Origin: an uncultured Acidobacteriota bacterium
GTDB taxonomy: Bacteria; Acidobacteriota; Thermoanaerobaculia; Multivoradales; UBA5704
Assembly: GCA_963770895.1 (NCBI GenBank)
Contig: CAVYRF010000002.1
Location: forward strand, 2,912,001-2,976,000
Length of the DNA stretch: 64,000 nt
Direction: 5' to 3'
How positions within the stretch are numbered: position 1 is the stretch's first letter; every line of letters begins with the position of its first letter. The position numbers were made by a program, and so were the translations under genes. The notes beneath the pieces are model-generated. The model had not been told where the DNA came from. It searched no databases and saw only the letters and a program-made list of their open reading frames with translations. Shown here piece by piece: positions 60,569 through 64,000 of this stretch.

Positions 60569-62562
60569 CAGCGGGAGCCGTTCTTGAAAATTGCCTTGAG
60601 GCCGGGCACCAGGGTGACCAGGATCTTTTCGGAGCGGACTTCGACCTCGGCATTGCCGTGCATGCCGTTGTGGAAGCGGTAGGTGCGCCCCTCGGCGGTG
60701 AAGGTGGGCCGCGGCAGGGCGGCCTTCAGGATGACCACCGGTCCGGTGAGCTGCACCGTGTCGCTGATCTCGGCGCCCAGGTAGCGCTTTGCTTCGCTGG
60801 GTCCGACCACCTCTTCGCCGACCGATTCGACGGTGAGCTTCTGGTAGGCATAGCGGTAGCCGGCGATCTCGAAGCGGATGGGCATGCCGCGCCGGACCTG
60901 GGGGCGAAATTCGCCGGGCAGCAGGACGACGACCGTCGGCCGGTCCTGATCCCGCACGATCGACAGCACCAGCTCGCCGGCGTTGAGGTATTGGCCGGGG
61001 CGCACGCGCACGTCGCTCGCCACGCCGGCGGAGGGCGCCCGCAAGATGCGCTCGCCCAGCCGCGTCGAGGCCAGCTGGCGCTGGGTGCGCAAGCCGATCA
61101 GCGCCTGCTCGGCGCCGGTGTCGGAAGGATCGCGCAGGCGGTTGAGCAGCTGCAGGTCGAACTCCTGGTCGAGGCGCGCCAGCTCGGCGGCCTCCTGGGC
61201 CTGGTGCAGCCGGATGAGCGGCTGGCCGGCGCGCACCCGTTCCCCCGGAGTCACGTCGACCGCGGTCACGGTGCCTCCCGATTCCGCGGTCACGTCGTCG
61301 CGGGTGCCCAGCCACACGACGCCGATCCCGGAGGCGTATTCCTTGATGTGCGCCACCGTGGCGAACGCCAGCGACGCGGCCAGGACGGCGAGCAGGGTCC
61401 AGTAGGTCCAGCGCGTCCACGCCGGCGAGATGCGCAGCGGGTCGTTGGGCTCGTCGAGCGTCTGGTAGCGCTCCAGCGCTTCGCGGCGGAACAGGGCGTC
61501 GTCGCCCAGCACCTCTTCGGGGCGCGGCGGTGGCAGGAAGGGCGCCGCCGGCGCCGCCAGGCGCTCCAGCAGGTCGAGCTGCGCGACGCCGAACTCTGCT
61601 TCGCGCGCCGACCGCACGACCACCAGCACGGCGAGCACGCGGCCTTCGTCGTCGCGCACCGGCGCGGCCATCAGCCGCTCGGAGCCGTCGCCTTCCGGGT
61701 CGTCGGCTTCGCGGTCGTAGCGGGCGTCGCGGCCCGACCGCGCCACGATCAGGCCGATGCCGCTGCGCAGCACGAAGCTGGCGATGCCGACGGCGGCGCT
61801 GTCGCGGCGCTCGCTGCCGGTGGCGCGGTCGCGCGTCCATAGGGTGTCGTCGCGCGGGTCGTACAGCAGGCAGTAGGCGCGCTGCGCGTCCACCGCTTCC
61901 CGCGCCGCCTCGGCGAGCACTTCCGAGCGTTCGCCCAGCCCTGCCACCACGGCCAGCTGGCGCAGGACCTCGGCGATTTCGAAGCGCGGTTGCAGGCGGG
62001 GGGCCGCGTGGGCCTGTCCGTCGCCGCCGGCGTTGCCGTCGGCGCCGTCGGCGGCGGCGACCGCGGCGGCGTGGCGCGCCTGGTACAGGCGCACGGCGTT
62101 GCCGATCAGCGCCGCCAGCTCGTCGGGCGACGGCGAGCGCTGGCTGAGGTAGTAGATGCGATCTTCGGCGATCAGGTCCTGGAACAGCAGCGGGTCGGGC
62201 CCCGCCGCGGCGACGATATGGAGCGGCGCGAGGTTGGTGGCGGCGGGGACCGTGGACGGGCCGGCGGCGTGCGCCGGGGCGCCCCCTGGCGACTCCTCCG
62301 CGGGATACTGATCGGCGATGAGCTGCCGCGCTTCCTCGCCGGAGTAGCGCTCTCCCAGGCAGACCACGGCGACCTGGCGGTCGCCGGCCAGCCGGTACGC
62401 CGCCGGCGGATCGGCCGCGGCAACCACCTCGATGCCGCGCGCCAGGCGCCCCAGGCGCGCCCGCAGCGCTTCGGCGGCGTCGCGCTCGAACCCCACCAGG
62501 AGCACCACGGGAGGTTCACCGGTGGGGGAGAAGTGATGGATGGAGGCGAGGGCGTCAGACAT
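60568..62562 (-). CDS. Pseudo-receiver - GAF - HlyD membrane-fusion adaptor
   Basis: Degenerate REC-like N-terminus, GAF (LLYD...GIA..V...D.RY...D....LMAAPV...G.VLAVL), LFRREAL + TM, lipoyl-like VTA..GGTV..V.V.PG.RV, LRAP..G, GMHG.AEV. Confidence 0.8.
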   Translation of the reverse strand: MSDALASIHHFSPTGEPPVVLLVGFERDAAEALRARLGRLARGIEVVAAADPPAAYRLAGDRQVAVVCLGERYSGEEARQLIADQYPAEESPGGAPAHAAGPSTVPAATNLAPLHIVAAAGPDPLLFQDLIAEDRIYYLSQRSPSPDELAALIGNAVRLYQARHAAAVAAADGADGNAGGDGQAHAAPRLQPRFEIAEVLRQLAVVAGLGERSEVLAEAAREAVDAQRAYCLLYDPRDDTLWTRDRATGSERRDSAAVGIASFVLRSGIGLIVARSGRDARYDREADDPEGDGSERLMAAPVRDDEGRVLAVLVVVRSAREAEFGVAQLDLLERLAAPAAPFLPPPRPEEVLGDDALFRREALERYQTLDEPNDPLRISPAWTRWTYWTLLAVLAASLAFATVAHIKEYASGIGVVWLGTRDDVTAESGGTVTAVDVTPGERVRAGQPLIRLHQAQEAAELARLDQEFDLQLLNRLRDPSDTGAEQALIGLRTQRQLASTRLGERILRAPSAGVASDVRVRPGQYLNAGELVLSIVRDQDRPTVVVLLPGEFRPQVRRGMPIRFEIAGYRYAYQKLTVESVGEEVVGPSEAKRYLGAEISDTVQLTGPVVILKAALPRPTFTAEGRTYRFHNGMHGNAEVEVRSEKILVTLVPGLKAIFKNGSR

Positions 62563-62690
62563 GGTGGAGCGCCGGGCAGGGGCTGGCGGCAGCCGTCGCC
62601 GCAGTGGCGGCGACGGCATCGGCCGTGCGGCGGCGGCGCGGCACGCGGTGCTGCCGTGCCGCTTTGCGCACCCTGGTAGAGTAAAGTCGA

Positions 62691-63737
62691 ATGGCCATGC
62701 TTCCCGTTGAACGCCCCAGGTTTGCCAGATCGGTCGCCCCAGCGCTGTTGCGGCTGGTGACGGCGGGCGGTGGCGCGCTGCTGCTCAGTGTGGCCGGCTG
62801 TTCACGCCCGGTTGGGCTCGCCGCCGGGCCCGCTGGCCAACCCCATGATTCTGCCACGTTTTCGCCCTCCGCTGCCAGGCCGCGGCCGGCGGCGGCAGCG
62901 GCTTCGCCCATGTCTTTGAGTGCGTCCGGGGCCGCGGCGGGAGCCGCCGCGCCGGCCGGCGGCGGCGGTGCGCTCCAGGCGTCGGCGGGCCGGCAGGCGG
63001 GTTTCGTCGGTGTCGTGCTGGCGCGCCAGGCCATCACCGTGGCGGCGGAGGCGGACGGCCGGCTGGCCACGATCGCGGTGCGCGCCGGCGACACGGTCCA
63101 TCGCGGGCAGGAGCTGGCGACGGTTTCGACCGAGGAGATGAGCAACGAGCTGGTGGTCGTTCAGGCGACGGTGAGCGCGGCGCGCAGCGACGAGCGCCGC
63201 GCCGAGCTGGAGGTCGAGCGCGCCAAGGACCACATGGCGCGCCGCCAGCTGCACCCCGAGCTCTACTCGGACGAGGACCTGGCGTCGTCGCGCAACGCCT
63301 ACCAGGAAGCGGGGGTGGCGCTCGACAGCGCCAAGGCGCGCGTCGACGAGGAGGTGGGCCACCTGCGCCAGCTGCAGACGCGGCTGCAGCACGCGGTGCT
63401 GCGGGCGCCGATCGACGGCCGGGTGGCGCTGCGCTACCTGGATGCAGGCGCGCTGGTGCGGGCGGGCGGGCCGGTGGTGCGGCTGATCAGCGCCAACGAT
63501 TTCATGTTGCGCTTCGCCGTGCCGCCCGAGCAGGCGGCCGCGATCCACAAGGGGCAGGGCATCGAAGTGCGCCTGGATTCGCTCCCCCTGACGCTGCCCG
63601 GCCGCGTGTCGCAGGTGACGCCGCGCATCGATCCCGCGTCGCAGATGGTGTTCATCGAAGCCGATCTGACGGTGCCCGGCGATTGGGCGGGCCGGCTCGA
63701 AGACGGCCTGTCCGGCCGCGTCACCGTGCACGGCTGA
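62691..63737 (+). CDS. Efflux RND-type periplasmic adaptor (MFP)
   Basis: Lipobox-like VAGC, V.A..DGRL..I.V..GD.V..GQ.L, coiled coil, LRAPIDGRV, GRVSQV.P.IDP. Confidence 0.87.
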   Translation: MAMLPVERPRFARSVAPALLRLVTAGGGALLLSVAGCSRPVGLAAGPAGQPHDSATFSPSAARPRPAAAAASPMSLSASGAAAGAAAPAGGGGALQASAGRQAGFVGVVLARQAITVAAEADGRLATIAVRAGDTVHRGQELATVSTEEMSNELVVVQATVSAARSDERRAELEVERAKDHMARRQLHPELYSDEDLASSRNAYQEAGVALDSAKARVDEEVGHLRQLQTRLQHAVLRAPIDGRVALRYLDAGALVRAGGPVVRLISANDFMLRFAVPPEQAAAIHKGQGIEVRLDSLPLTLPGRVSQVTPRIDPASQMVFIEADLTVPGDWAGRLEDGLSGRVTVHG

Positions 63738-63770
63738 AGCCCCGGCGCGGCGTGCACCCGGGGCTCGGCA

Positions 63771-64000
63771 CTAGCCGGCCGCGGGCGGCGCCTGCCCAGG
63801 CTCGCGGACGGTCACCCGCAGCGATGCCACGCGGGTGCGCTGCATCTCCAGCACTTCCAGGGTGATCGGTCCCAGCTCCACGCGGTCGCCCACCTCGGGG
63901 TTGCGGCCCAGCTCCGAAAAGACGACGCCGCCGATGGTGTCCTCGTCGCGGTCGCTCAGCTCCAGCCCCAGAGCCTCTTCCAGCTCTTCGATCAGCATGC
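63771..64000 (-). CDS. Hemolysin/CorC-family protein, C-terminal transporter-associated domain (partial)
   Basis: IEELEE.LG..L...DEDTIGGVVFSELGRNPEVGD. Confidence 0.82.
   Translation of the reverse strand, partial: MLIEELEEALGLELSDRDEDTIGGVVFSELGRNPEVGDRVELGPITLEVLEMQRTRVASLRVTVREPGQAPPAAG

Overview
Very GC-rich bacterial DNA; gene content and style suggest a soil Acidobacteriota (Thermoanaerobaculia-like) genome, which is an inference. The backbone carries housekeeping and metabolic genes: RluD-type pseudouridine synthase, a nitrate/sulfonate-type ABC importer, a double hybrid histidine kinase, a three-subunit succinate dehydrogenase with a mycobacterial Sdh1-type anchor, tal, zwf, exeA/exeB-like genes, a sulfatase, an acyl-CoA ligase and an S9 peptidase. 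Two small lower-GC candidate defence cassettes are inserted (ABC-ATPase + DUF4276/TOPRIM-like; Schlafen/AlbA_2-HATPase + ParA). A decaying ~10.5-kb satellite-like integrative element (~35.4-45.9 kb) has a broken tyrosine integrase, vapBC remnant, mobC, excisionase, primase-helicase, iteron-like repeats and a tRNA-Thr(CGT) 3' att fragment, and carries an intact SIR2-STAND-TPR (NLR/Avs-like) gene with seven near-identical 120-bp repeats. The most notable candidate system is a dispersed lanthipeptide/RiPP pathway. A 51-aa double-glycine precursor missed by the ORF track (9779-9934, own promoter, RBS and terminator) lies ~45 kb from a stand-alone LanC, a C39-peptidase ABC exporter and an unusual pseudo-receiver-GAF-HlyD adaptor. 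No LanB and no adjacent precursor are visible in the window. Start codons were read by eye and family calls rest on recognised motifs, not database searches.
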